Of a stretch of DNA of 64,000 bases, positions 1 through 13,035 are shown in pieces (within the stretch, counting starts at the first letter, position 1; each line of letters begins with the position of its first letter). The DNA is taken from assembly GCA_964057225.1 (NCBI GenBank), contig OZ059897.1:7440001-7504000 (forward strand), given 5' to 3'. Below the pieces are notes generated by a model that was given only the letters and a program-made list of their open reading frames with translations, was not told where the DNA came from and did no database searches. Source of the stretch: Auanema rhodensis. Taxonomy: Eukaryota > Animalia > Nematoda. The translations under genes were made by a program, and so were the position numbers.

Positions 1-392
1 TGTGCTTTGAATATATAATATTATGCCAAGCAACGCATTATTATATATTTAATGCGTTGCAAATATTATTTTAATTTTCATTTCATTTGCTATATAATAT
101 GTTTGCTATATATTATATTTAGTTTTCTTATCAATAACTATCTTAATAGCAAACTACTTGCCATTTTCATACTCTGTTTTTTTCTCAATTTTCTCCACCT
201 TGTTCGATTTGGAGAAAACTCAATAGGAGTGTAGTTGTTGAATTTCTTGCAGGACTTGGTCTATTGATTGATTTCGCCTCTGTAGCGTCACGAGCGAACG
301 CTTTCTACTCTTATTTGATTTTTATTATTCGAAATTACTTTTCTTTATTTTAAAAACTTTGTTTTTCTGTGTGAATAATTAAAGTATTTAGA

Positions 393-1003
393 ATGGCTTC
401 CCTTTTTGAAGGAATTAGTCTTGTCAAGAGAAATGGTGAGAAACACGAGCCAAGCGTTTTGGCTGTAAGTTTACAATCTGAATTTGAAGAAAAAAGTTTT
501 TTTCCTTAGGGCAAGGTTGTTGGAATCTATTTCTCTGCTCATTGGTGTCCACCATGCCGTGGATTCACCCCCATCTTGAAGGTATAACAACTTGAGTTGC
601 TATTTTTCAGTACTTTGTTCTTCAGGATTTCTACGAGGAGGTTCATGACTCTGGTGATTTCGAAATCGTGTTCGTCTCTTTTGATCGCACTGAGAAGGAA
701 CTTAATGATTACTTAACTGAAGCTCATGGTGACTGGTACCATGTTCCATTTGGATCTACCAAGATTAAGTAAGGATATGAACACCTATTTGTACACAAGA
801 TTTTAAATGATTAGGGAGCTCTCGCAGAAGTTTAATGTCTCCGGAATTCCCGCCTTGATCGTCGTTAAGCCCGATGGATCGGTCATCACTACTGACGGAA
901 GAGCTGTTGTTCAGGTATTTGTTTTACGGTATAGTTAGTCTAAACAATGCTTTCACAGTCAACCAGCCCATCTGCTTCTCTTACTAAATGGAAGTCTGCC
1001 TAA
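393..1003 (+). CDS. Nematode 16-kDa-class thioredoxin / nucleoredoxin-tryparedoxin-like oxidoreductase (5 exons)
   Basis: Manual splicing gives MASLFEGISLVKRNGEKHEPSVLA|GKVVGIYFSAHWCPPCRGFTPILK|DFYEEVHDSGDFEIVFVSFDR...GDWYHVPFGSTKIK|ELSQKFNVSGIPALIVVKPDGSVITTDGRAVVQ|STSPSASLTKWKSA*. It has the WCPPC active site and cis-Pro GIP motif, with GT-AG introns of ~44-46 nt. Confidence 0.93.
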
Positions 1004-2908
1004 AGCAAAATAGTGCGCAACGTATTGCTGACTTATTTTTAAATATGTATTCATGGTGAAGCCGCTTTGAAATAAAGTAATGATTATTAGTCCAATTTAT
1101 TATTAATACCATTTGAACAATTTCTACTGTTTATGAAGAAGAGAAATAATGTTAACAAAGCTCCATGTTTATCCGAACTAGTTTTACTATACTAGACAGC
1201 AATATTGTTTGGGACTATCCGTTGCTATTGTATCTCTCAATCGTTCTGTCACTATGGTGATATTCGGTGTCAGATGGGACAAACAGACGAGCTTTTCAAC
1301 AGTAGTAACGATGATTCCTTCTATAGCTGAAAACTGTTCCAATTGAGAGTGCTGGCTTTAGCAGTTATGGCGCCAAACCGTTGATGTCATTGTTTGCCTT
1401 ATGTGATAACTAGTTTGCCAACGACCATCGACAAAGCTAATGGTTAATGAATGATCTGATGCCTTTCTAAGAGATAGTGAAGAAATTTCGGGGGTAAAAT
1501 AATTATCATACCATCAGTTGAACTTACATTCTTCAATCTATTGTTGTATAGTAACGTTTGTTGTTTCCCCTTTTTATCAGTTTACAGATGATTTTGACCT
1601 CGTAATGAGAGTACTATCTCTGTATTTGATAACCACATATTTTCATCAACGTTGGAAATTTATGTTCAACTTTGGTGTATTTGAAGCTTGCAACAAACAA
1701 CAATTTTGAATTCGTATCTGATTGGAAAGTTTGAAAATATCAAAAAATTTTGAATTCAAAAGTGTACAAAAAGATTTTACAATCGTACAAAGTGAAAACA
1801 TAAATTGTGGTTATATGGTTATGGATATGGTATCAGTATTCGTATTTAGTTATCAAATTGAAATCTAACTTCAAATTAAACGTAAGATTGCTTTTATGAA
1901 AATCTCCACATGACGCTTTGTCATGGTGCTGTCAATATAATGAGAAATATGAACTAGTTTTCAGACTGAGACTATCGCCGTTGGCGTAAAATACTAAACA
2001 AACACGAAGAATGCATCAAAACGACTGTTTCTCTTTCTTGTCTTGAGGACTCACTGTGAACTTCATACACTTTTAACTGATTCTATTGATTTAAATGAAG
2101 AAATGCTGAAGGAACAGTTGAATGGTCAAGCATGAGACTCATATCTTTCCACTAAATTATTAAAGGGACTAGTAAAAAAAAAACAAACTTAGCATAGCAA
2201 AAATAAAATATTACTAATATTTTAATCAAAATACCCACCATCCACCCTTCTGCGGAGAATGATTTAGTCACATGTTATCAAAAAATACAGCATTGATCAG
2301 TTATACGTTAAATGTTCTATTTGTCTATTTTTCTACATCATTCTCATTCCTGAAGAATCGAGCAAATTTTCAATCTACTTATACCTTTTTATAAGCATTT
2401 TGCCTGAAAAAATTTACGCATTGTCAGGATGTTGGTTTAAGCGGATGCTTTTTAAAATATGTAAAAAAACGTCAACGTGTATAGGTAAGCATAGTTCAGC
2501 ATTGGCGAATCAATATCAACCACATTGCACTTACATGAACACGGGGAGAACAGGTGAAAATAGAAGTAGATATCATTGTAAGAATTTCGTAATATAATTT
2601 TTTTTGGTTTCAAGCAAAGACACAATGGCATCAGTTCCTCCTCACTCAACTGCAATATTATTTTTCAACTGTTTCTATCTAAATAGTAATATAAATAAAA
2701 GCTGTAATATGTTTAATAGCATGGATTAACAAACTAGACACTGGTAGTAGCTCACATAAATTTGGTTGCGTATTTTTTCAAATGCCGTAATCACGTACGA
2801 TTTATTAATTCTTTTAACATCTTAATTTTTTCTATTACTTATATATTACCATATTTGTTTATTGAAAAAGCATTCGTACTAATTCGAAATATTAATCAGA
2901 TTTAGGAA

Positions 2909-5349
2909 ATGTCAGTATCACCGGGGAGTTCTCTCTGTGGCGATGCAGAGAACGACCTTCTACTTGACGAGGAAGAAGAAATTGACTTTTATGCTCTCTT
3001 AAATGTACCTCGCGACGTGAGTTCCTTTGTTTGTTCTTTACTATTTATATGGAAAAATCTAAAGCTTTAATCTTTTTGTGTTATTATTCATTGTTAACCT
3101 GCATTTTTGAAATATTATTGCCAAGTTTCAGGCCACAGAAGATGAAATAGTTAAAGCTTATAGGCGGCGTTGCCTACTTTTCCATCCTGATAGGCATACT
3201 GATGAAAATGATAAAAAAGATGCGGAGAAATTATTTCAAAATTTACAACGGGCTTATGAGAGTGGGTTATTGCTTTTTGAGTTATGACTAAGCTATCTTC
3301 TTGTAGCATTGGCAGACCCCAAGAAAAAAGCCATTTATGATGCGTTGGGTATACAGGGCTTGGAGACTCAGGGATGGGAACTAGTCTCTAGAGCTGCAAA
3401 TCCTGAAAATATTCGAAGAGAATATGAGTTTCTTCAGAGATTGAAGGAGCAAGAGCTAATGCTTCAACGCATACATCCAGCGGTATTACAATAAATTGTT
3501 AGAAATGTTCATTATACGGCTTCAGGGTGGTTTTGTAGTTAAAACTTCGTTGGCTGGTTTGTTTCAGGAAGATCCTGAAGAAAGGTATGGCTATAGTTTG
3601 GGTAGTTCAGAATATTTGCGTGAATTAAGATATTTCCCGCAGTTATTAGGAGTAGGAATCACTCAGTCTGTAGATTGTGGTATAACGGCTAATGACCGTG
3701 TAGGATTGGTAGGAAAAGTGAAATCTGGAAATGGCCGAGGAGAAGGAAATGTTTCTCTTAATTGGAAGAAGAACTATAATGCATATTCTATCGAGGTTTT
3801 GATTCATGTTTTTTGGATTTTTTAGTTCCGCCTTTAGAACAATATGAATTTTTCGAGTGATTCAGTTGGATTAAAATGCCGAGTATCTCGGAATGTTTTC
3901 CAACGTGCAGCTATTATTGTTCAACCTCAAATTTATTATTCTCTAATGCAAGAAGAATTTATACCTGCTTTGACACTGAGTTTGTTAAGACAATAACGGA
4001 ACAATCTTCATAACTATCTTTAAGTTTATACTATGAGATTGAGAGTTAGATGGCAAGGAAGCATCGTATTGTCTTGGTCTCCTCTTAATAGTGGTATTAC
4101 AACAACATTGGTTCATACAGAAAATAATCAGCCGAAAGCTGTTACCAATTTTACTGTATGTTACTCCTTTTCCAATCAATATATTGGTGTTGCAATCATT
4201 GATTTATTTCAGCTATCTCCATCCAATTCAAATATTCGAGTAATATATTACCGCCGAGATCCTGAAAAAGATGCTTTTTCTGAAATGTCTTGTCAACTCT
4301 CAGCATTTGGTTTTTTTAAAATATTTTTTTAAAGCAATGATTTTTTCTCAGGTTGCTCTCCTTCTATACATTACGAGAGACGGTTGTCCAGGTTCTCACG
4401 CATAGGATGTACATTGCAGTTCTCATTTCCTTCTTGCTTACTTGTTTCCAAGTTTAAGTGAGTGTGTGCTAATGGAGTCGAGTTTCTAGTGGAAATGTAT
4501 CTTTAGGTTGAAAACAGGACATAACTCATTCGAGTGGCAGCTTGTACTATGCGATGATAGAGATTCTATTGCTAGAAGTGCTCTGTATGGTGTTGCTATA
4601 CCTTATATTGCAGTTTCGGTAATTTATTGAAATTTTAAGTTTGAGATTATTCATACTTTATTTCAGTTATTTAAATTAATTTTCCGTGGTTGGTGTGACA
4701 GGGTCTCGGGCTTCTTCGACGATCACAGTGCTGAAAGACAAGTATAAGTTTACTTACATAATTAGCTCAATTAATCTTTGTTCAGGTGGATGCTGCTAAG
4801 CAAGATGAAGCTAGTCGTGTTATAAACCTAATGAGGCCAACTGCTGAGCGTATAAAGCGAGAGGAAGAGCAAAAACATGGAATTGTCATAGTCGAAGCGA
4901 AGTAATTCATTGTTTCGATCATTCATGTATGAATCTTGGTCTTTAGATATGGTCAGTCAGACGTCTCCGGCTCAAAGGCGTATCCTATTGTTGGAGACAA
5001 GACCATTGACGTCACCGTTCCGTTACAATCAATGGTTCATGATTCACAACTGCGCGTATATTCAGTTAAGGTTTCGTTTTTTCTGATCTGAAAAGGGAAG
5101 TATTGAATCATTTCCAGAGTCAACTACCCGGTTTTTACGATCCATGCCCAGGCGAAGCCAAGATGCTGAAAGTTAGATATTTATTCCGTGATGAGATGCA
5201 TGCGGTTATTGTCCCAGATGAAATGCCATTGCAGATTCCTCTACGAGGTAAACTCGTTTTTTTCGCAAAACTATTTTTTTCTCGATATTTTTGAAGGCCA
5301 AGGCACTTCTTTATACACGTTCTTTTCAGGGCATCGACTAACGAAATAA
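2909..5349 (+). CDS. DNAJC11: DnaJ subfamily C member 11 (dnj-9-like), multi-exon
   Basis: N-terminal J domain ([11 protein letters not shown]|[25 protein letters not shown] motif; [14 protein letters not shown]). C-terminal DNAJC11/DUF3395-type motifs [11 protein letters not shown] and [22 protein letters not shown]. Ends GHRLTK* at 5347-5349. Confidence 0.92.
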
Positions 5350-5722
5350 TTTTGGTCGGGTTGTTGAATCCTTTAATTATTTATCTCAGCTAGTTTTTAT
5401 AGGTATAGGACCTTTTAGTCATTTTAAAATATCTTTTTACATAAAATCTCATCTAATTGTTAGGAGTATGTGTTTATCTTTTGCTCATTTTTTACGGTGT
5501 GTTGTTTCCGATTAATGGTTTAATAGATTGCAGGTAATTATCTTGTTTCAAGCTGTTTTCTGACAATTGTTGTTGCTTTTCGATTGTTGTCGCGTAAATA
5601 ATAATCATTGATTATGTTTTATAATGCATATTTTATGAGTCGATACTCTGAATATCTTCATCGTTTACTCTTTCTGCTTTTTTTGATTGTCTCACGTGCT
5701 TTCTGTCTTCAGGTCTTGTAAA

Positions 5723-6504
5723 ATGTCAGATTCTGCTGACTCTATTCCATCTAAAACTGTTCCTTCGGCACCACCAGCTGATGCGCCAATGTAAGCTGTT
5801 TTTTTCTTTTTATATTCCTCAACGTATATATTTAAGTGAAACTGAGTCTACGCAAAGTACTTCTGTTCCATACCCTGTGTTGAATCAGAATGCCCCCCCA
5901 TACCCAACGGATAGCTCTAGCAGTAATGCAGCTCCAGAAAGCACACCACCCTATCCCAGTACTACTCCTTCCACCGGGTATCCAGGTCCTCCGCCTTTAC
6001 CTTCATATCATGATGCTATTAACTATCCTACCGCTGCACCTTACGGGCAGCCTGCTATGAATAATACTTTCCCTCCAAAACCATATCCTAATATGGGCTA
6101 CCCAGCTCAACAACCAACTCCATATCCAGCTGTAATTGCAACAGGTATTCAAAATCATAGTGTCATTGGTAAAACGTTGTGTGCTGTATTTGTGTTAAAA
6201 TTTAACTCTTTCAGGTGTTCGTGAAGCTCCTGGTTCCCAACCTACAGTAGTAGTTCAAGTAAATGGCGGTGTATGCAGAGTTTGTGTAAGTATTTTTCAG
6301 TTTTACTATTCTAATAAGTTTATGATTAGTGAAATAATTTTTTTGTTTTTTTAGGGTGGAACATTCAAACGACGTCTTAGCATTTTGTACATTTTGTGCC
6401 TTATTGGTTTGTGCTTGTTTGCATTCCCACTTGCTTTGATATTCTTGTGCTTCCTTCCATGTGCTCATTCATACAGTTGTTCGGTTTGTGGACGTTCTCC
6501 TTAA
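5723..6504 (+). CDS. Proline-rich BRI3/LITAF-like membrane-associated protein (4 exons)
   Basis: Pro/Tyr-rich N-terminus (APPYP, TPPYP, PLPSY), then CRVC...hydrophobic segment (LSILYILCLIGLCLFAFPLALIFLCFLPC)...CSVCGRSP*. This CxxC-hydrophobic-CxxC layout is typical of LITAF/BRI3 domains. Confidence 0.8.
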
Positions 6505-7479
6505 ATTATCTGTACAACAGTATTTATATATTCTATTCTCTTTTATACTAAAATTTTTACGGTGATTTTGGAAATCACAGAAAAGCTTCTTGAATTCATA
6601 TTGCTAAACGTGTTGAAAGTTTAACCTATAGACTATGCAGCATAGTTACTTTTACCATAATTATGTATAAGCAGATAGTTATGTTCTTAAATATTGAATA
6701 TCACTCGAAAAATATTCTACGAAATTGTTAATAAATTTTCACGTTCTTTTTAAAAATTTTCGTCATTTTGAATCGCTATGTTTGTGTGAAAAAATGGAAA
6801 ATGCGTGAGTTAATTTATAGTGAGAAAATACTGTTTTCATTCTTCTATTTCAAATTGCAATATTTACTGTATGTTTTGTAAGGGGCTTGTGTATGTATAA
6901 AATTATTGTGTTTAATGTATATGAAATGAATATGCTTGGATTCTTTTGTTTAACAATTCAACCTCATTAGCATATAATCATTAAATTATCCTGAGCAATA
7001 CATTTCATTTTTGTGTAACTTTTCATGGAGAGCGGTTGTATCTGTAATTTTTTTTATAAAAATTAATCTTTATAACAAAATGTAAACAAATCCAGTATTA
7101 TTTATGCTTATGCTGATGATGAGTTATGCGTTCAAATAATATATGAAAGAAAGTTACCCAAAAGTATAACCGGTTTAAAAGACTGTGGCCATTCGAAGCT
7201 TCTCATATCATTTCTCTTTCTCGTGCCGCATTATAACTATTCTCCTTCCGCGTCTTACAGAGACAAAAGCATTTGAACAATTGATTCACTTTAAAGAATT
7301 ATATATTCTTTTCGCTGAACATACGAGAATGATAGTTTCAATTGTAATGCATATGCTATATATTATATGGTAATGAGCTTATTACCAAAAAAATGTTGAA
7401 ATAGGGTGAAGAAACAATTTATAAAAGAAATAACATTGATGTTATAATCAGAACAGTTCGAGGCCGTATCATACGTTAA

Positions 7480-9740
7480 CTCATTGCTAACAGTTTGGCC
7501 TTCTTTGAAAAGGCTTACTATTGTTTAATTTGAATAATTTCTATTGTTTGTCCCAAAATTGTAAATCCGGCTCTTCCTGTTTTGCCTTCAAACTTCAATT
7601 TCACTCTTCAATTATCTTCAATTTTCAGTATCCGTTGTATATTCGTCTATCATCTTTGTTTTAGCACTCTATGGGTCAAGCATGTCGTTTGTTTGGTGGA
7701 TCAGTTAGGAAGACTTTCTCTGAAGATCTTCACTTTCTCTTAATCCCCAGTGATATCCATCCATTTCTCTCACACCATTTCATCCTTGTCTACACATCGT
7801 TGATCATATCACGTATCGTTTCCTTTTATTTTTGAAATTACTTCGTCATGCATAGTAACACGTGTATGTGTTTACAACTTAATCCGGATATTTGGCTGGC
7901 TTGTAATAGAGAAAGCTAACAGTTCACATGTTTCTCACTGAATCTCTCAGCATTTTCAATGTATATTTTTCAAAAAGTAAAAAAAAAACATTATACTGGA
8001 TGGCAGATGTCAATGGGCTTGTGGAAAACTTGCCCGACGGGAATTATCAGTAATTGCTACTTTCCTTTTCTTTTGATTTTTTTCGCATATTTCGACCTTT
8101 AGTACATATCTGTAAGCAAAATAAAGAAGGTAGAAAGGACCTGAAGACTGTGAGAACGTTATCTGAAGTCTTTTAGTTGTCATGCTGATGTCGCATTCAT
8201 TTCATAAAAACGTCAAAAGAAGAAAAAAAGGAAAATAAATGAAAATAGTGAAAAGGTGTTGTAATGTTCAATGATATTACAGTTGATTTCACTTGAAGGT
8301 ACATCATATACCGTCAGTCCCAGTGGCGTCTGCTCATCTTCGACTATCGGTCTGAAGCAGTACGGTCCAGCTGACGTCCTATGTTTCAACTTCTTCTTTT
8401 TGCTTTCAAATTGTTGTATGTGTGACCGTTTTGAAAATCGTTTACAATTCGAAAGCAGAAAATAGCCATTAAGGACCTGACTGCGCAACAGTTTCTGTGT
8501 TTTGAAAGCAGATCAAAGCTGTTGGACTCCTAAAGTTGATATGTTCATCTTGTCTTCAGTCGCTTCATTCACCCATAGTCGTCCCACTTCCATGTTCTGT
8601 TGTCATTCGGCCCGAGGCAATTAATTGTGTTTTTGGTCATTCACGCTTATCGATGTGTATGTGAACAGGTGCTATATGCTTTTTCTATTTCTCAATCGCA
8701 ACTTTCTAATATCTTAGCAAGTATCATCAATCTAGGCTTACCTCTTTTGGTCAGTCACAATCCTTTCTTTAATTCAAATCTTCCACACATATATCACTGT
8801 TGTCATTGCTTGCACAACTCGTTTACACAATTTCCTTTGTGCAATGTTCTGGTATGTAGTTGCAATTCATTCTTTATTTCCTGCTTTACATGCACATCTT
8901 ATTAGAATATTAGATGTGGGTGGTCCTGTTTCATTGCTTAATCCGCAGCTAGTGCAAGGCCAGTCACAAGTATTATCAGGAAAAGCCTTCGAAGATGAAA
9001 GAACTTACTGGATTGTTGAAAACCCATTCGATACCAAGGACATTGTGAACAGTCTCTGATGAGGTGCAGACTAACCCAGTTCACCTTCGCTGTAACATGG
9101 CATTTTTCAAAAACCGATTAGAATTCACTGCACTGCTTAGTGAGACCTAACTAATATCTTCTTAGCGAACTTGGGCGCCGGAAAAGTTTCTTAAAGTTGA
9201 AAAATATTTCGTTATCTTTATCATCTAATTAGATTTATATGTATTCAATCATATTGATCATCAGAATGTTTTATTGACTGATATCATGATATCCGCTCTC
9301 TTTCATCAATATTCCCGCCTTTATCACTTTCTTCGTATGATTCTTGTATTGCTGGTCTGCGTGGTCCAACTCGATATTCCTCTGCATGATAACTGAATAT
9401 TCATATTTCATCTTTGTTCTTCTTCATCATAATTTCCTTTTAGAATTCTCACGTTTCCATTTTATTATTATGTTATTATAGCTTTCAAGTTTTGGTAAAC
9501 TCTTCTTATCGTCATAATCTGATGAACGCCATCAAGATGTTGAGAGGCTTACTCTTCTTATAGTGCCTTCTGAAGTTTCACGCTTGTTTCCTCAAATACG
9601 TCACCAGGAGATGACTTCTAATGTCTGTTGGCTTTTTGTTCGTAGCCCGCTCTTTCTGTTTGGTCTTGATTACAAACAAGTTCTTTTTCCATCTTCTAAC
9701 TGTGAAGCTAGTACGGGACTATTTTCCGCGCTCTCCATGA
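7480..9740 (-). mobile_element. Possible highly degenerate LTR-retrotransposon (BEL/Pao, Cer-like) 3' remnant with a Cys-rich env-like region
   Basis: Intron-less stretch with coding-like but stop-riddled minus-strand fragments: W*RI*GNKRETSEGTIRRVSLSTS (loosely like the BEL integrase-distal motif), a signal-peptide-like FFHLRRLFLIILVTGLALAAD, then Cys-rich pieces (EHCTKEIV*TSCASNDNSDICG). No RT, integrase core or LTRs seen. Confidence 0.25.
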
Positions 9741-9743
9741 CGT

Positions 9744-9878
<135 letters not shown>

Positions 9879-10068
9879 TCTCTGTGTCAATTACTTTCCT
9901 TTTTTATTACGTCTTCATAAATGTTTTGAACTTTGACAATGGCAATCATGGATACCGAGATAGTTTTTTCTTTTTCATCAAATACAATAAGTCTTATATA
10001 TAATCTAATTAATTGTCTAATTTATATCATGTATTTATCTTAATTACAGCATAATTACAGAAACAACG

Positions 10069-12091
10069 ATGCATTCGATAGTTGTTAGCGCCCTAGCCAT
10101 CGGATTGATAGCATTGGTTCAAGCTGCAGGTAATATCATTGCAAACTTTCTTTGTGTGATCTCTTTTTTTCAAAAATTGTCCGAACTGTTTAAGCTATTA
10201 TTCTCTGATCAGAGATTACATCATCAGTTTCCCCCGTCTTTCTCTTTCAATAATCGAAAGATATGTTTTTACAGCCTTTCCTTTCCGTTAGATACATAGA
10301 GACCGGGTCAGCTTTCAGTATTTAGGTTCGGGAAACATTCAAAAAGAAACAGAAAAAATGTCCCTTTACGCTCGATTAATCTTCAAATTTCCTAGGAATT
10401 TAAATTAAAACTTTTTATTTCAGATGATTGCCGTGATTTTGACAATAACTGTCGGGACTGGGTAGCTGCTTCACAAAATAGTTGTTCTTCTACAGATTAT
10501 ATCAAGAGAAGTTGTAAAAAATCGTGTGGGTTATGCGGTGCTGTTGAGAATAGTTAGGAGTTCATTCTCAAATAGTTACTGAATTTCATTTAATTTCAGA
10601 ATATGACTTACGACGACTACCAGCCAGTCTTCAGCCCTTAGGCTTTTTGGTTGGCAAGTGGCGGTCCGAGCACGGAGGAAAAGCCATCTTCCCCACAATT
10701 CCAAAGTTCACCTATGGTGAAGAAGTAGAATTTTCGATTCCTGATGATATTATGCAATCCCAAAAGGCTTTAAATTATACGTAAGTATGATTAAATATAT
10801 AACATTATAGTTAAGCTCAAAATATCGACAAGATTCAAAAATTGAAGATAGTCGACGACGTCATGGGAAGGTTAAAACTCAATCTTTCTTGCTGACCGAA
10901 TACTTTGATACGAAAAATGATGTCAATTTGCAAATTCTTTTTAGAGCTGTAGCATGGACCGTGGAAAGACGAAAACCTGATAATGGAACCAAAAGGTTTA
11001 CCTGGATTATGGCGTCATAGTGCCTTGCAGGCTTTTGACGTCAAATCCATCCTATAGCCGTGTGTTCATTTCGGGGTTTTGGTCTTGACTGATAAATAGA
11101 TTATTCAAATTTTACGATTTTTTTTAAAGTCACATTTATGCAATGAAACAACCCACGTAAAATTTGAACAACATATTTATCAGAGAGCATGAATTATATA
11201 TATATCTATCTCTTTGTCCAAGTTTTAACTAACATCATGTTTTATTATCTAGTTGTCCTATCTATATATACGTAAAATGTGTTTTACATATATTATCCTT
11301 AGTTCGATTATTTCAATGTTGGGTCAGGCATAGTGTTATGAGTAGATTCGGTAATGTTAGGTGATTGATGTTGTAGCTAAATTAGAATTCTGTTGGTGGT
11401 ATAGATAGAGGGAAATGGAGATGGTTTTCCATATAATACATATAATATATTGTTCTTCCAGTGCTTTCGCTTGGTCTATTAACGATAAGGATGAACTTCA
11501 CAGTGAAAATGGCTATATATCTGTAAAACCCAATACTCGAGAAGTAGCTCTAAGCACTGTTATGAACAATGGTACGTGTTTTTTATTTTCTGAAAAAAAT
11601 TTATTAATAAAGAAATTTGTAAAAATATAATTAAATTGAATGCATAATACAACCGCTGCTCACGTAATTTCACGTCAAAATAAGACTCATATGAAATTAA
11701 AATATTTGTAATTCTTTTAATAAATTACTGTAGGTTGTATATAAAATTAATCGATAAAATATGTTTTTTATCATTGCTTGTTTAAAAAACTTCAAAATGA
11801 TTATTCAGGTTTTGTAACAATCGAGGAAGGACCCATCACTTCCAACCAGATACGTTTTAGACTGAAGGACATTGGCAGAATCAGCTTCAGTCGTGACTTA
11901 CCAGTTCATGACGTATGTCTCAAAGATCTTAATTATAAATTTATGTAACAATTTAATTTATATTATTATAGTTAGTAAGAGAATGGACACTTCTTGATAA
12001 GAACACATTACAAGCTCGACTAACAATGGAAACATTGACTCATGGTATGCAAGAACACACGTTTATCAGATATAGTAGAATATCTCCATAA
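10069..12091 (+). CDS. Secreted ShK-domain + THAP4-like nitrobindin (DUF1794) heme-binding beta-barrel protein (6 exons)
   Basis: Signal peptide MHSIVVSALAIGLIALVQAA. Six-Cys ShK domain CRDFDNNCRDWVAASQNSCSSTDYIKRSCKKSCGLC. Nitrobindin-type barrel LQPLGFLVGKWRSEHGGKAIFPTIPKFTYGEEVEF...LHSENGY...MNNGFVTIEEG...EHTFIRYSRISP*. Confidence 0.88.
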
Positions 12092-13035
12092 TTTGTTTTT
12101 TTTCTTCAACTTTACTTAACACAAACTTATAATTATAAATATATACATAATTATGTTATACGGTTGTATTTTTTTTTATAATGAAATAATATATATTTTT
12201 ATTAAATTGTAAAACATATGATGCACTACATTTATGCGCATAATTAAGTGGAACAGCTGAATCAACATTATAACCTGTAGTCTATAGGTATCACGTAAAT
12301 TGAATAGAAATATGAAATTTAGATTCGGTCATAGTATTTTGAAAAATCTCAATCTGTAGTATATATGGCTGAGTCATCAGCTTATGGTCGTTATGCTAAG
12401 AATAATAAACAATAATCATCCTTGATATTTACAATTTAAACAATTGCCAAATATGGAAAAATGAAAATGACGTTGAAATGGCTATAGGATTAACAAGAGT
12501 TCATTGTTCCATTCAGTTGTTTTTCTAATTTCATCAATCAGATAATAGTTTCTTTCTCATTATTTGATTTGAAAAAAAAAGATATTTTTAGAAAAATGTT
12601 TTGTTGCTTGAATAATTAAAAATGCTTGCGCTCAAGGTTCAATATGTTTGTAATGCTGATATACGCAATAACATATATAATTGTGCTCAAAGGTGAAGAG
12701 AAAACAGAGAGAAAGAGGGAGAGAGATAGAGATAGAGATATAGAGATCAATAGATACAGTAAATAAACTACAACAGGATATATACTGAAGAAAAAGGAAA
12801 AGAAGATATACATATAATACAAAAATGACCGGCTGAATAATCATGGCGTCTAGTCTCCTTTTGGAGCTATGTAATTCAGAAGCCGACTGACCAATGAGGA
12901 TCATAATGTGTAATCAGGTTCCATCCCATCTCATACTCTCGACCAATTCTTGCATCACAGTCTAATTCAGAGCTATTAGCTTTCGGACGTTCTATAGCTG
13001 CTCAGTACCCTTGATTATCGTTACAGCATCAAGAA

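Noticed and set aside
1100-2800. Non-coding stretch with recurring AACTAGTTT words between thioredoxin and DNAJC11
   Set aside because: No terminal inverted repeats, transposase fragments or regular spacing that I could support.
5517-5540. GGTTTAATAGATTGCAG|GTAATT resembles the start of a spliced-leader RNA gene
   Set aside because: The leader would be only 17 nt, diverges from SL1/SL2 after 8 nt, and has no clear Sm site or SL stem-loops; more likely an ordinary splice site.
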